Assembly: GCA_038087875.1 (NCBI GenBank)
Contig: CM075977.1
Span: 227,726,001-227,790,000 of the forward strand
Length of the DNA stretch: 64,000 nucleotides
DNA from: Malacoraja senta
Lineage: Eukaryota
Direction: 5' to 3'
Shown here: piece after piece, positions 38,146-51,653 of the stretch
Layout of the letters: every line of letters starts with the position of its first letter
How positions within the stretch are numbered: the stretch's first letter is position 1
Notes under the pieces: model-generated
The model's input: only the letters and a program-made list of their open reading frames with translations
The model's database searches: none
What the model was told of the DNA's origin: nothing
Translations under genes and position numbers: made by a program

Positions 38146-39229
38146 ATCATTTCTTGATTGAAGAAATTATGTCAAATAAAAAAATAAGTTGTTATTACCT
38201 TCTTAAGTGTGAAGAGGTAGCAAAGGAATATCCCTCACACCCTAAATTTAATGAAGGCTAATGTCTTCAAGAGTTCAGTGAAACATGGGCATTAAAGTCG
38301 CATATTTCTATCCTGGTTAAGCAAACCTCGATTAAAAATTGGTCTTGGTGTATTATTGTTGCCTGTACCGAGCTACAGTGAAAAGCTTTATTTGCATGCT
38401 ATACAGTCATATCATACTATACATGAGTACAATCAAGTCATACACTAGTACAAAAGGTAATGCAAAGAGAAAAATACCAGTGCAGAACATAAGCGTTACA
38501 GCAATATAGATACACACCAGCTTATGGGAGAACCGTTCAGTAGTTTGTCAGTAAATTACTTTGATCTTGCATCCAAAAGTGTGAATACTTCCAAAGACAA
38601 AGGTAAATAAAGCTAAAGGAAAAGAACTGCGAGCAAGAATGTGGTTGTCATTGTTATCTAGATGTTCTAGCGACAAGTGTTGGGCCAGGGACTACCATTA
38701 CACCTTTTGTAATGGTAGGCAAGCTGCAGTGATTCAAGAATGTCTGACAGGATGGAGTAATGTGCAGACATTTATTTTCAAATCTCTCCATTGCTTTGTC
38801 TCTTTCCACCCCCAATCTCCTTGAGCACCATACGAGTGTGATTTCTATGCACTTTCAATTTTGGGTCTCCTGCACATTACTGTTGTTTCTTGCTTCCAGC
38901 TGCCAAGGTCGACATTCTAGAATTCCCCGCCCTAAACCTGATGTCCAGCAATATTTTCAAATGAGGCCATAGAGCCACTTGCTCAGTAATTTTCCAATTT
39001 GTTTTGGGAAGGTTTAAGCACTAAATAAATACAAGGTAGACAAAAATGCTGGAGAAACTCAATGGGTGAGGCAGCATCTATGGAGCGAAGGAAATAGGCA
39101 AGTTTCGGGTCCAGACTCTTCTTCATACAAGATGTTTTTTTGAATGGAGTTTCTGATTTAGGTCATTTGTTTCCAATTTATGAGTTCTCATACAGTAGTG
39201 AACCTTAGACGACTTACTTACATCAAGAA

Positions 39230-39850
39230 CGGAAACTGAATAATTTTCATTTCCACTGTCTTTGTTGCATCCTGGGAGTTTCTTGTCAGGACAAAATCAC
39301 CAATGAATCCATCTCTCCATGACCAGCAAGCCTAGCATCCCTGCAATTCTCAAGCAGAAAAGTCTCTGCTGGTTTGGACATGTACACAGGATGGAAAATT
39401 GACGCATCCCCAAAGATGTGCTATACGGGTAGGTCACCAATGCACAGAGGCCAAGAGGAAGATCAAAGCTTCGCTACATGGATCTGATTAAAAAATATAT
39501 TAAAAGACAAATTCTAACATTGGCACTGACAACTTGGAAGTGGCTGCAGATGACCAGTGGAGGTGGAGAAAGGATCTCCGGGTGGGTATGAACTACCTCG
39601 ACAGCATTTGGTTCAAGACCCTGGAGACCAAGCGCCAACGCAACAAAATGATTAATGGGAACAAAAACACACTCCCCAATCCATCGGCCAGAGACAACTT
39701 CACCTGTGGAAGGGTCTTCCAGCAAAAATCGGCCTAGTCAGCCCACTGCAGGAAATGCAACCATAGATGATACATTCCCTTCTCCCAACAGGACAACATC
39801 AAAGCCGCACCAGCATCTCTCACAGATGGGTGGATGCCAACTATACTATA
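39230..39850 (+). mobile_element. RTE-clade LINE 3' fragment
   Basis: ILGVSCQDKITN, WFGHVHRME.xRIPKDVLYG, AADDQWRWR, FTCGRVF. Confidence 0.8.
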
Positions 39851-40412
39851 CTAATTCTTATTTTAAAAACACAGAAATTGAGACAAGGTATTCTTGAAAA
39901 TGTTCAAAAAGCAGTTAAAATAGCAAACAAACTGAAGCAAAATTGTTATTGAAATCAAATTACATGTTTTTTTCAAATACCTTTAGAACAACACAATTGT
40001 TCTAAAGCAGCATCTACGTAACATGAAATGCTTTCTACAAGTTTGGAACAGTTTTTCACCAAAATTTCAACCCCATTCCCATTACAAATTACAAGGGATA
40101 CCTTAAAATTCAATTAAGGGAATTCCTTAAAATTCAAACCTTTGAGCGTATATAATTTCCAGAATCTGGATATTATTTACAGAGGAACATGATTTGTTCA
40201 CTTAAGATGTTCAATAATTCGTCACTAAAAGAAATACAAGAGCAAACATATCAATCCATCCAGATGATATTTCTCAATAGAATGCCCTTCATATGTGGAA
40301 TTAGTTGCCAGCATAGATCTCCACAAACCACAGAATAGTGATTGCTGAACCGGCTCGCACTTTCCTCACCTTTAGAGCCCCGGCTTCCGACACCACTGCC
40401 AACAACGCAAGG

Positions 40413-40787
40413 TGCATGAGCGAGCCCTTATTCGCCCATCGCATGGTCCATTGACGCGGCTGTTGTTGCAGCTCAAGTTATAGCCCCTGGGCACAACGCT
40501 TTCTTCAGGCTTTTCGGCCATTGCATTGTCTGCACCCCGCTCGGCTGTCACTCTATCCACTCTGCCTCTCCACCAACAACTCCTCCACCGCTGCCTTCAC
40601 CTTCTGTTCCTCTGGAGCTGCTGACTTACTCCGCCTTGGAAGTGGCAGTAGGTGAGAGGGGAGGGAGCCCCACAGTGACCAGTGGCAGTGGCCTGAAGAA
40701 TACGCTATCGCCAGAGGCTATGAGGTGAGCCGCACCAACAGCCGTGTCACCGGACCGTGTGTGGGCGAAGAAAGATTCGCTGGTGCA
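40413..40787. repeat. diverged GC-rich inverted repeat (~110-bp arms)
   Basis: 40413-40523 aligns to the reverse complement of 40680-40787 at roughly 70-75% by eye. Confidence 0.75.
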
Positions 40788-42297
40788 GACAAGCACTATC
40801 GACACCTAGTTTTAAGGTGAAATTGACACAAAGTGCTGGAGTAACCCAGCAGACTGAAACAGTCTGATGAAGGATACTGATGTCACCTATCAATGTTCTC
40901 CAGAGATGCTGCCTGACCCGCTGAGTTACTCCAGCACTTTGAGTTCTTTTGTGTATTAACCACCATCTGCAGTTCTTTATTTCAACTACATACAATGATA
41001 ATACCATACTTGGTTATGAGGCAATTGGCAATAACAGAAACCACCCCCCCCCCCCACCCCTCCATAGTCCATTGTAATGAGGGTTTACTGTACTGTGGAT
41101 CCAACCAGAAATGTTCAGCTAATGTATGGTGGGGATTACAGTTTACTTGTACAGTGATTCAGAATAAGCAGCATTTTATTCTATAAGAGAATGATTTCTG
41201 AAAGCAATTATTTATTGTGATTTTTGTTAATTCTATGAATTTGTACCTTTAGAAAGGGTCTAAATATTTGCCTGATAAATCTTCTGAATTATTAGATTGA
41301 TAATTATAGGTAAGCTAATTTTTTATGCGCAAAATCCTAAATCCTTTGGCCCATAGAGGAAGAAGTCACAATGCAACTTGAACGGCAAAAGTAGTGTACC
41401 CCATAGTGTACACTGAGAGGGAAGTACATTTTCCTTGTTTCCTTCCTATCTAAAATTTGTTCTAACCAGGAAAGCCAGTTTGCTTAATTTCCCAGGGTTC
41501 CACTATAAATTGTACATCAGAGATCCATTCTTGCACATCCACTTCCTGGAGGTGCTGCCATGCACTCTTACTCTTGTCTCAACTTTGCAACATATTGCTG
41601 TTTTGTATTTGTTATTATATTTGTTGTTGTAATTATCATTACTATATTTTGATTACTCTAGCAATTGCATGCCAACATGCAATTCAATTGCACCCTGGGT
41701 GATGTTTCTGATATTTCCCCTTTTTTAAAGATTATACTGAAGTGAAAGTGTATTTTAAGTTATATCAAATTTAGCCATTATTTCATATTTAATTTCCATT
41801 AACAAATTGAGAATGAAGTTGATTTAAATGACATCCTAACTGCATTGGTAAGAAATTAGATACTTAATTAGTAAGTTCTGAATCAGTTGTAGATGGGAAT
41901 GGGTAAAGAGACTGGAGGGTGGGACTTATGAAAGATGAGCTTTGAGGCACCATAATGGGTGGAGGGGGAAGCACTGGAAAAAGATTTGCATTGTGATGAA
42001 AGAAAAGTACACAATGACAGCAAAATTAATGGTCTCAATCTGGAAAAAAAAGGTCCAGGGGCTCTTTGCTCTGTTGCAAGTGATATGGCTGAGAAATTAG
42101 TTCAAAATTATATTTGTAGTAAAGAGAAGCCAAGGATCATCTGTTAGTGCAAGAGTACTATATGTTGTAGGATAATTCTGAAACAAAGATGTTTCATAAT
42201 ATTAAGATATGAAACATAAGTAAAGAACATTTATTTAGAGCTTTTTACCTGGGAATGGCCAAACCATAGGGATCTGTAATTTAATCTTATATCCTTC

Positions 42298-42584
42298 GGG
42301 GTCAGGTCAGGGGGGAGTCCTCCCCGCCATGGGTACCATGTAATCCATGCTACCTGCTCCATGGTCGGATAGTTGGCAACTAAACCGTCTTCCCCCCACC
42401 TGGTTTGCCAGGTGAGGAGGGGGCTGTGGACCCCAGCAGGACCAAAAACAAGACCTGTCAAAGAGCGGATGAGCTCCTAGCGAGCCAACGGCCATCCACA
42501 CTTCAGTAGAAGTTGCGATCACTGTCGTACAAAGCATTGTAAGGCACCGTGCCCGTTGATGTTTTCAACGATGATGATGATGAT
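42298..42584 (+). mobile_element. structured non-autonomous retroposon with (GAT)n tail, probably RTE-mobilised
   Basis: GC-rich hairpins (cacctgg-tttg-ccaggtg; gctc-ctagc-gagc), tail gatgatgatgatga. Confidence 0.5.
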
Positions 42585-42741
42585 TTACAAAGGCAACTCT
42601 CAACTTTTGAAATAATTCAACATAAGTATCCAAATTGAAAGTTATGACGTTTTATTGGGTAGCTGGCATTGCTTTTTATTGTTAAGTTTGTATAAGAGCA
42701 CTCTAGATCAATGTCAATAATCACTCATATGAACAGGTATA

Positions 42742-43206
42742 CAGTGCATTCAGAAAGTATTCAGACCCCTTATTCTAAAATGGATTAAATTCTTTTTTTT
42801 AATCATCAATCTACACACAATACCCCATAATAAAAAAGTGAAAACGGGTGTTTAGAAATTTTTGCAAAGTAACTAAAATGAAATAACTGAAATATCACAT
42901 TTACATAAATATTCAGACCCTTTACTCAGTACTTTGTTGCAGCGATTACAGCCTTATGTCTTCTTGGGTATGACGCTACAAGCTTGGCACACCTGTATTT
43001 GGGTAATTTCTCCCATTCTTCTCTGCAGATCCTCTCAAGCTCTGTCAGGGTTGGATGGGGAGCGTCGATGCACCTGTTTTCGCTTTTTTATTATGGGGTA
43101 TTATGTGTAGATTGATGAGTAAAAAAATGAATCCATTTTAGAATAAGGCTGTAATGTAACAAAATGTGGAAAAGTGAAGGGGTCTGAATACTTTCTGAAT
43201 GCACTG
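42742..43206. mobile_element. non-autonomous Tc1 element
   Basis: TA|CAGTGCATTCAGAAAGTATTCAGACCCCT...GGGGTCTGAATACTTTCTGAATGCACTG|TA. Confidence 0.92.
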
Positions 43207-43240
43207 TAAATAGCAAGTCTGGGAAATCTAGTAGATATAT

Positions 43241-43652
43241 CACGGTGGCGCAGCGATAGATTTGCTCCCTTACAGCGAATGCAGTGCCGGAGACCTGGGT
43301 TCGATCCCGATTGCGGGTGCTGTCTGTGTACAGAGTTTGTACATTCTCCCCGTGACCTGCGTGGGTTTTCTCCGATATCTTCGGTTTCCTCCCACACTCA
43401 AAAGACAGGTCTGAAGAAGGATTTCGGCCCGAAACGTTGCCTATTTCCTTCGCTCCATAGATGCTGCCGCACCCGCTCAGTTTCTCCAGCACTTTTGCTT
43501 ACCTACAGGTTTGTAGGTTAATTGGCTTGGTAAAATGTAAAAAAAATTGTCCCTAGTGGGTGTAGGATAGTGCTAATATGCAGGGATCGCTGGTCGGCGC
43601 GAACCCGGTGGGCCAAAGGGCCTGTTTCCACGCTGCATCTCTAAACTAAAAA
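43241..43652 (+). mobile_element. tRNA-derived V-SINE (HE1-like) with inserted Penelope hammerhead module (~43409-43504)
   Basis: A box TGGCGCAGCG, B box GGTTCGATCCC, central gtttgtacattctccccgtg domain, CR1-type tail gggcctgtttcc...ctaaactaaa. Related fragments at ~53790-54010 (minus), ~54200-54320, ~57715-57825. Confidence 0.85.
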
Positions 43653-43954
43653 AAATGTAATTGCTTAACTGATTGAATAAAGAAATAAGGAAAAAGATGC
43701 TGAACTATGGGGATACATCAGCCAATGGAATTAAAATTTAGATTTGTCAAATAAAAATCTGATACTGATATCCTGAATCCAGATAAATGACTCTCATACT
43801 GCAAACATCTATGACTTCCAAATTTACATTCCCTCTCTATCAGATAAAGCTAATAGATAATATTAACTTCACTCTGGCAATAATGAATCCATCACACTAA
43901 TTTCTTCCAAAATTATTTTACAAGTTTGCAGGTTGATCTTCATTGAATTAAAAG

Positions 43955-44344
43955 TACGCAAGCGCTACCAAATCGGAAGCAGGGGCCGCGCGGAGGTCGA
44001 GTGACGTCAAGACAGTGCGTACGGTGGCGAGGCGGTGCGCACGGTCGTTGAGGGCGGTGCGCACGGCCTCGAGACGGCTGCGTCCGGCGTCGAGGCAGTG
44101 CGCACGGCTGTCGATGCGGCGCGCACGGCCTCAATGCGGCTGCGGGGCAGCAGGCTGTTGCCGCACGGAATTTTTGAACAGTGTCAGTTTTTCGGAGCCC
44201 CGCGTGATGTCGGGACCAGCTCCGCACAACTCCATACGGCTCCGGCGATCTAAATGGGACCGGCCCCGCGACCTCCCGCACGGCCCCCGCTTGCGGTTAG
44301 GTCGCGCTTGCCGCATGGAGTCGCATGTCCGTGGGACAGGCCCT
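43955..44344. mobile_element. truncated Harbinger-type MITE
   Basis: Right half homologous to 25200-25505, ends GTGGGACAGGCCCT|TAA. Confidence 0.85.
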
Positions 44345-44535
44345 TAAGTTTAAATAACTCCCAGCATTTGCCTCTACTAACTTGACCAAAAGTCAATTGC
44401 GGATGACATCCAATGCCCAAAATGGAAGTTCATAAAAATTTGTTAAGTACGGCTAAGGTTATTTGAACTTGACCATTTGCTGTCTTGAAATTAACATTCT
44501 GCATTTAACATACTGGCAAAACAGAGACTATACTC

Positions 44536-45613
44536 TGTTGCTGGACTCCACATGGAGATTCTGACTCTGTGATCTTTAGTAGCAAGACCTCGTGTTGCAG
44601 TGACAACCCCACTGATTTGCATGAAAATTCCCAGCTCTGTAGATTAAAAAGGAATATGTAAATTAAGTTCAATATTTTATTGCTTCTAATTATTTATTAG
44701 TGTTTTTAATGTGCTTTAGTTGCATTTTTAACAATGTCGTTGTTAAAAGTATCAAAAGCAGTCTCAATAGTTTTCTCAAATCATGAACTATTGTATACAT
44801 TTGTCATTAGCATATTTGCTGGGAGGTAAAGCTCTGTACCAAGTATTGACTCCTAACAAAGACGGTTGGGTCAAATGGAGAAAAAAATATTAAATTCAAT
44901 GAACCTAACATCCCCTAAATCCCACAAACCTGATATTCAGATCATCCTAGAATTTTTAAAAGGGTGTCTGCAGAAATGGAGTATACCTTGATCTTGATTT
45001 TCCAGATCTGTTGATTTGTAAGAAATGTAAAAAATAAAACCCCCAAAAAGGAGGGATGGGGCAAATAGGCCTGACAGTGGTTGGGAAATGCTAGATTCCA
45101 TTATTAGGAATGTGCATACAAAGTGCTTGGAAAAATCATAATATGCATTGGCAATGCAATGACCAGAAGAACATAATAAATAGGTGAGAATAAGTTCAAA
45201 AGGTTTCAAAGGTCTTTTATTGCCACATGTACCAATTAAGGTACAGTGATATGCTAATTACCATACAGCCATACGGAAAAGAAAAGCAACGAGACACACA
45301 AATACATAAAAGTTAACAAAAACATCCACCACAGCAGATTCCCCACATTCCTCACTGTGGTGGGAGGCAAAAAAATCCAAACTTCTTCCTCTTTATTTTT
45401 CCCGTGGTCAGTAAACCTTTAAGTCTACTTTGTCATTCAAGATCACAGCTGATTCTGTGCACCAAGACCATTTTGTTATTCTATCCGCGTGGCATCTGAT
45501 TCTCTTAATGCAAAAATCCATCAATTTTAGCCGTCCAACAACTGATCGCTGCAACACGAAGTCTGACTACTAAAGATCACAGAGTCAGAATCTCCATTTG
45601 GAGTCCAGCAACA
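44536..45613. repeat. ~68-bp inverted repeat pair about 0.95 kb apart
   Basis: 44536-44603 vs reverse complement 45546-45613, about 5 mismatches. Confidence 0.85.
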
Positions 45614-45636
45614 CTCAGCATGTCCTGGACTTGCCA

Positions 45637-45672
<36 letters not shown>

Positions 45673-47075
45673 TCTTTTATAATATCTTGTAAATCCAGAA
45701 TTTTCTGACCTTTGGAGCCGACTGCCACAGTTAACTTAATCCACGGCCCTGGGGTAGAGAAATGAAAAGTCTTATGCATATTCATTTAAATAAATTTTTC
45801 ATTGTTGTCCTAAATGGCAAACTATTCTCAGAATTTGTGCTTTGGTTCTAGATAATGGCTAGAGAAAGGAACCTTCTGGTGTTTACCCTGTCAATTCTTA
45901 TCAGAAACGTGAATGTCTTGAAAAATGAGAGCTGATCTCATGTATATAGGCCCATTGTACTCTGGCTCTCCACATGTCACTCACTGCTACTCATATATGC
46001 TGCAACAGCTCCAAGCATAGCATATGTTGAGAATGGAGACCAAAACTCCAAATGATGCCACCCAAAACGCAGCATTCACAGAAAGGCTTCTTTGCTATCG
46101 TGTTTCAATAACTTTGCCATTAAATCAACATATAATTCACCTTATTAATTGCTTGCTCCAACTACAGGTTTACTTACTGTGTTATTAGTCAGCACAAAGA
46201 TCTCTCTGTGCACCAACATTTAACAATCAAAGACCACCTTTTTTATTCTTCCTATTAAAGTACATAATGTTTGCTTGTCACCCATTTCTTCTCTCCAGAG
46301 ATGCTGCCTATCCCACTGAGTTACTCTAGCATTTTGTATCTATCTTTGGTTTAAACCAGCATCTGCAGTTCCTTCTTACACAGTCATCATCAGCAGATGC
46401 TGTCAGTAATTAGGGTGTAGTTTAAATGCATGTAAATAGAAGATTTTGCCTACACACACACACAATTGTAATGCCAGAGTGCAAAAATGGGAAATTTGCT
46501 AATCATGGGGATTCAGTGAAAAGGAATAAATTAGTTCTATTTTTATTTATTTGTTTTGTGGGATGATGCGAGAATAGCTTTTACTTCTAGAACAGGCCTT
46601 TGTAAAGTAGGTAAGATATTTTTTAAAGTATTTCTGGTGAAAGTGCTCTTTTAAAAAGCTAATGGCAAGTGAATTCCAGCATTTAGACCCACTGATAAAT
46701 AAATGGCAACATACAAGTGCCCTCCATAATGTTTGGGACAAAGACCCATCATTTATTTATTTGCCTCTGTACTCCACAATTTGAGATTTCTAATTTTTTT
46801 TAAATCACATGTGGTTAAAGTGCACATTGTCAGATTTTATTAAAGGGTGTTTTTATACATTTTGGTTTTACCAAGTAGAAATTACGGCTGTGTTTATACA
46901 TAGTCCCCCCATTTCAGGGCACCATAATGTTTGGGACACATGGCTTCACAGGCGTTTGTAATTGCTCAGGTATGTTTAATTGCCTCCTTAATGCAGGTAT
47001 AAGAGAGCTCTCAGCACCTAGTCTTTCCTCCAGTCTTTCCACCACCTTTGGAAACTTTTATTGCTGTTTATCAAC

Positions 47076-48113
47076 ATGAGGACCAAAGTTGTGCCAATGA
47101 AAGTCAAAGAAGCCATTATGAGACTGGGAAACAAGAATAAAACTGTTAGAGACATCGGCCAAACCTTAGGCTTACCAAAATCAACTGTTTGGAACATCAT
47201 TAATAAGAAAGAGAGCACTGGAGAGCTTAGTAATCGCAAAGGAACTGGCAGGCCAAGGAAGATGTCCACAGCTGATGACAGAAGAATTCTCTCTATAAAA
47301 AAGAAAGATCCCCAAACACCTGTCCGAGAGATCAGAAACACTCTTCAAGAGTCAGGTGTGGATTTGTCAATGACCACTGTCCGCAGAAGACTTCATGAAC
47401 AGAAATACAGAGGCTACACTGCAAGATGCAAACCACTGGTTACCCGCATAAATAGGATGGCCAGGTTACAGTTTGCCAAGAAGTACTTAAAAGAGCAACC
47501 ATAGTTCTGGAAAAAGGTCTTGTGGACAGATGAGACGAAGATTAACATATAGCAGAGTGATGGCAAGAGCAAAGTATGGAGGAGAGAAGGAACTGCCCAA
47601 GATCAAAAGCATACCACCTCATCTGTGAAACACGGTGGTGGGGGTGTTATGGCCTGGGCATGTATGGCTGCTGAAGGTACTGGCTCATTTATCTTCATTG
47701 ATGATACAACTGCTGATGGTAGTAGCATAATGAATTCTGAAGTGTATAGACACATCATATCTGATCAAGTTCAAACAAATGCCTCAAAATTCATTGGCCG
47801 GCGGTTCATTCTGCAGCAAGACAATGATCCCAAACATACTGCTAAAGCAAAGAAGGAGTTTTTCAAAGCTAAAAAATGGTCAAATCCTGAGTGGCCAAGT
47901 CAATCACTCAATCTGAATACAATTGAGCATGCCTTTTATATGCTGAAGAGAAAACTGAAGGAGACTAAACCCCAAAACAAGCATAAGCTAAAGATGGCTG
48001 CAATACAGGCCTGGCAGAACATCACCAGAGAGGACACCCAGCAACTGGTGATGCCCATGAATCGCAGACTTCAAGCAGTCATTGCATGCAAAGGATATGC
48101 AACAAAATACTAA
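47076..48113 (+). pseudogene. Tc1 DD34E transposase with two in-frame TAG stops
   Basis: HTH region, GRPRK, WTDETK, KHGGGGVMAW, QQDNDPKH-34aa-E, WPSQS; stops near 47502 and 47550. Confidence 0.95.
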
Positions 48114-48321
48114 ACATAACTACTTTCATTTACATGACATTGTAAACATTATGGTGCCCTGAAATGGGGGGACTATGTATAAACACTGCTATAATTTCTA
48201 CATGGTGAAACCAAAATGTATAAAAATGGCCTTTATTAAAATCTGACAATGTGCACTTTAACCACGTTATTTTTTCTATTACAAATCTCAAATTGTGGAG
48301 TACAGAGACAAATAAATAAAT

Positions 48322-49645
48322 CATCAAGTTTGCCGACGACACCCCTGTTGTGGGACGAATCACTGATGGGGACGAGTCAGAATATATAAGTGAGATCAAC
48401 CGATTGACCAAATGATGCCAGCACAATAACCTGGCTCTCAACACCAGCAAAACCAAGGAACTGATTGTGGACTTTGGAAGGGGTAGGATAGGGACCCACA
48501 ATCCCATTTATATCAACGGGACGATGGTGGAAAGGGTCAAGAACTAATTCCTGGGCGTGCACATTTCCGAAGATCTTTCTTGGTCCCAGCACACTGATGC
48601 AATTATAGAGAAAGCACATCAGCGCCTCTACTTCCTGAGAAGACTACGGAGAGTCGGCATGTCAAAGAGGACTCTCTCAAACTTCTACAGGTGCACAGTA
48701 GGGAGCATGCTGACTGGTTGCATCGTGGCTTGGTTCGGCAACTTGAGCGTCCAGGAGCGGAAAAGGATGCAGAAAGTACTGACCACTGCCCAGTCCATCA
48801 TTGGCTCTGATCTCCCCACCATCGAAGGGATCTATCGAAGTCGCTGCCTCAAAAAGGCAGCCAACATCATCAAGGACCCACACCATCTTGGCCACAAACT
48901 CATCTCTCCACTACCATCGAGCAGAAGGTACAGGAGCCTGAAATCTGTTACATCCAGGTTCAGGAACAGCTTCTTCCCCACAGCCATCAGGCTATTAAAC
49001 TCGCCAACAAACAGACTCTGAACTGTGTTAAAGAAGGAACTGCAGATGCTGGAAAATCGAAGGTACACAAAAATGCTGGAGAAACTCAGCGGGTGCAGCA
49101 GCATCTATGGAGCGAAGGAAATAGGTAACGTTTCGGGCCGAAACCCTTCTTCAGACTGATAGGGGGTGGGGAGAAGAGAGGAAAAAAGGAAAAGGCGGAG
49201 GAGGAGCCCGAGGGCTGGGGGAGGGGAGGAGACAACCAGATGGCTGATGAAGGGGAGGGGACAGCCAGGGCTAGCAGAATTGGGAGAATTCAACGTTCAG
49301 GCCACCAGGATGTAGACTGCCCAAGCGGAATATGAGGTGCATTTCCTCCAATTTACGGTGTTGCTCGCTGTGGCCATGGAGGAGACCCAGGAGAGAGAGG
49401 TCAGATACGGAATGGGAGGGGGAGTTGAAGTGCTGAGCCACCGGGAGTTCAGGTTGGTTATTGCGGACCGACGGTTATTACAGACTCTGAACTGTAACAG
49501 CCTATTGCACTTTATCTGCTTATTTATGTGTATATTGAACTGAACTGGTCTGTATTTTTGCTTACAATATTCTGTTGTGCTGCAGCAAGCAAGAATTTCA
49601 TTGTCCTATCTGGGACACATGACAATAAACTCTCTTGACTTGACT
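48322..49645 (+). mobile_element. Rex-Babar 3' fragment inserted in the Tc1 TIR
   Basis: KFADDT...QRLYFLRRL...FRNSFFPTAIRLLN; tail aataaactctcttgacttgact. Confidence 0.92.
49027..49479 (-). mobile_element. Penelope 3' fragment with 16-bp TSD
   Basis: TSD ACAGACTCTGAACTGT at 49011-49026 and 49480-49495; hammerhead core ctgaagaagggtttcggcccgaaacgtt on minus. Confidence 0.9.
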
Positions 49646-51653
49646 TGTCCCAAACATTATGGAGGGCACTGTATTTGGCAATACAAATATGTAACTTGGA
49701 GGGAGAACCTGTAGGTGGCAGTGTTTCCATGTATCTGCTGCTCTTGTCCTTTGTGGCAGAGGTCACATCAGTGACAAACTGTAGTGCATCTTCTAAGTGC
49801 TGGTAGTGAAATAATATTTATGGTCGTGGTGATGTGCCTATCAAACAGCAAATGAGAATAAAAAACATTGCTGTAAGTTTGAAATAAATACAGAAAATGC
49901 TGGATACATATACCAAGCGGATCAGCATCTGTTGACAAGAAATGTTGTCTGCTTCTCTTTCCACATGATGCTGCCTGAGTATTTATTTGGGTATTTATTG
50001 TTATGCAATTAGGCAGGGTGCTTTGCCTTGGCTGCTCATTGGGATTTTAGAGTATTTTTGGAGCTGCACTTATCCAGATAGGTGGAAAATATTGCATCGC
50101 CTTCCTGACATGCATCACGGATGGGGCAGAAGGGCGTGGGAAGCCAGAAGATGATTCACTTGCAGTACGATACCAATCCTTTGACCTGCTCTTGTAGCAC
50201 AATATTTATTATGTTGAGCAGAGTTTATGGTCAACAGTGTCCCCAGAATGTTGATGGTGGGAGTCTTGGAGATAATAGTGTCAACATATGCAGAGGTTAG
50301 AAAGCACAGAAAATACCCTTCGACCAAACTAATCTATGCTGACCAAGATGCCCCATCTAAGCTGTACCATTTGCCTTTGTTTGGCCCATATCCCTTTAAA
50401 CCTTTTCTACCCATTTACCTGTCCAATTGACACTTCTTTGAGATGGTCATTGTTTCGCACATTTATGGTGTAATACCTATTTTTACTTATTAGCCACTGC
50501 CCGAAATCATTATTGTTGTGAAGAGAAATGATTATGGAATCACAATGAACATCCCCTTAGTACTTTATGATGCTAGTGAAGCAGCTGAACAATTGGGTGT
50601 AGGAGACTGCCCCGCGGAGCTCATGCCAGAAAATTATTTACTAAGATCACTGACCTGCAACAACCACAAACATCTTCATTTTTACAGGAAATCATTCCTA
50701 TTTATTTTTACCTTGATTGCACCGACTTGTTTTACCAAGACCATGATGCCACGATGTCAGCCTGAAGGCTGCTCATCTATATTCCCAAGCCGCTGAGTTA
50801 CTCCAGTACTTTGTCTTTTTTTGTAAACCAGCATCTGTAATTCCTTGTGTCTACATGATGCCATACGTGGTCAAATACTACCTTGATAACACAGGCAATC
50901 ACTCTCACCACACCTCTAGAATTCACAACTTGTTGTGACCAAGATTATAACTTCTGGAACCAAACGATCCTAGCTAAACCCAAACTGGGAATCACCGAGT
51001 TACTGATAAGCAAGAGTCATATGATGGTACAGCAAATGCCACCATAATTTTGCTGATAATTGAGAGTAAAACAATTAGATTTGCCATAGTTTATTAGCTG
51101 AATTGGATTTGCCTTGCCTTTTGTATTAAGAGCATACTTGGGAATCTTTCTACATTCTCAATTGGATGTCAGCATTATAACTGTAACTGTACTGAAACAA
51201 TTTTGCAGAAGGACAGAAAATTCAGGAGACAAATTAGTACTAAACATAGAACAGTACAGCACAGGCCCTTTGGCCCATGATGTCCATGTCAAATATGATG
51301 GCAAATTAAACTAATCCCTTCTGCCTGCAAGTGATTGCTATCCCTCCATCCCCTGTTCAATCTGCCAGAATGTTGTCTTTATCTAGCACTTTCAGCTGTT
51401 CCTGATATCAATAGCACAAATCAAATTGGCTGAAAGCTGGGGTGCTGATGGCAAAAATAATGTATAGTCGTAATGCAAGTAGTGCAGCTATCTCCCAGTT
51501 TCACTGATTCTATCCTGACAATCAAATCCTGTATGTGTGGATTTTGCACATTTTCTTTGTGACCATCTGAGCTTTGCTAGATGCATCAGTTTCTTTCCAC
51601 TTCCATTTCTGATTGTTAGGCAAATTCGTTACTCTAATTTGCCATTGTGTATA

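Larger units (their letters stand above)
46714..49671 (+). mobile_element. full-length Tc1 transposon with nested LINEs in the right TIR
   Basis: TA TSDs, ~225-bp TIRs with internal direct repeat (ccataatgtttgggaca), transposase inside. Confidence 0.95.

Noticed and set aside
38692-38718. 11-bp perfect hairpin ctaccattaca-ccttt-tgtaatggtag
   Set aside because: Isolated, with no supporting context.
42465-42500. Hammerhead-like cggatga-gctc-ctagc-gagc-caac
   Set aside because: Core lacks CUGA and GAAA; ggatg pairs with catcc instead.
43241-43315. tRNA gene
   Set aside because: A/B boxes belong to a SINE head; no cloverleaf.
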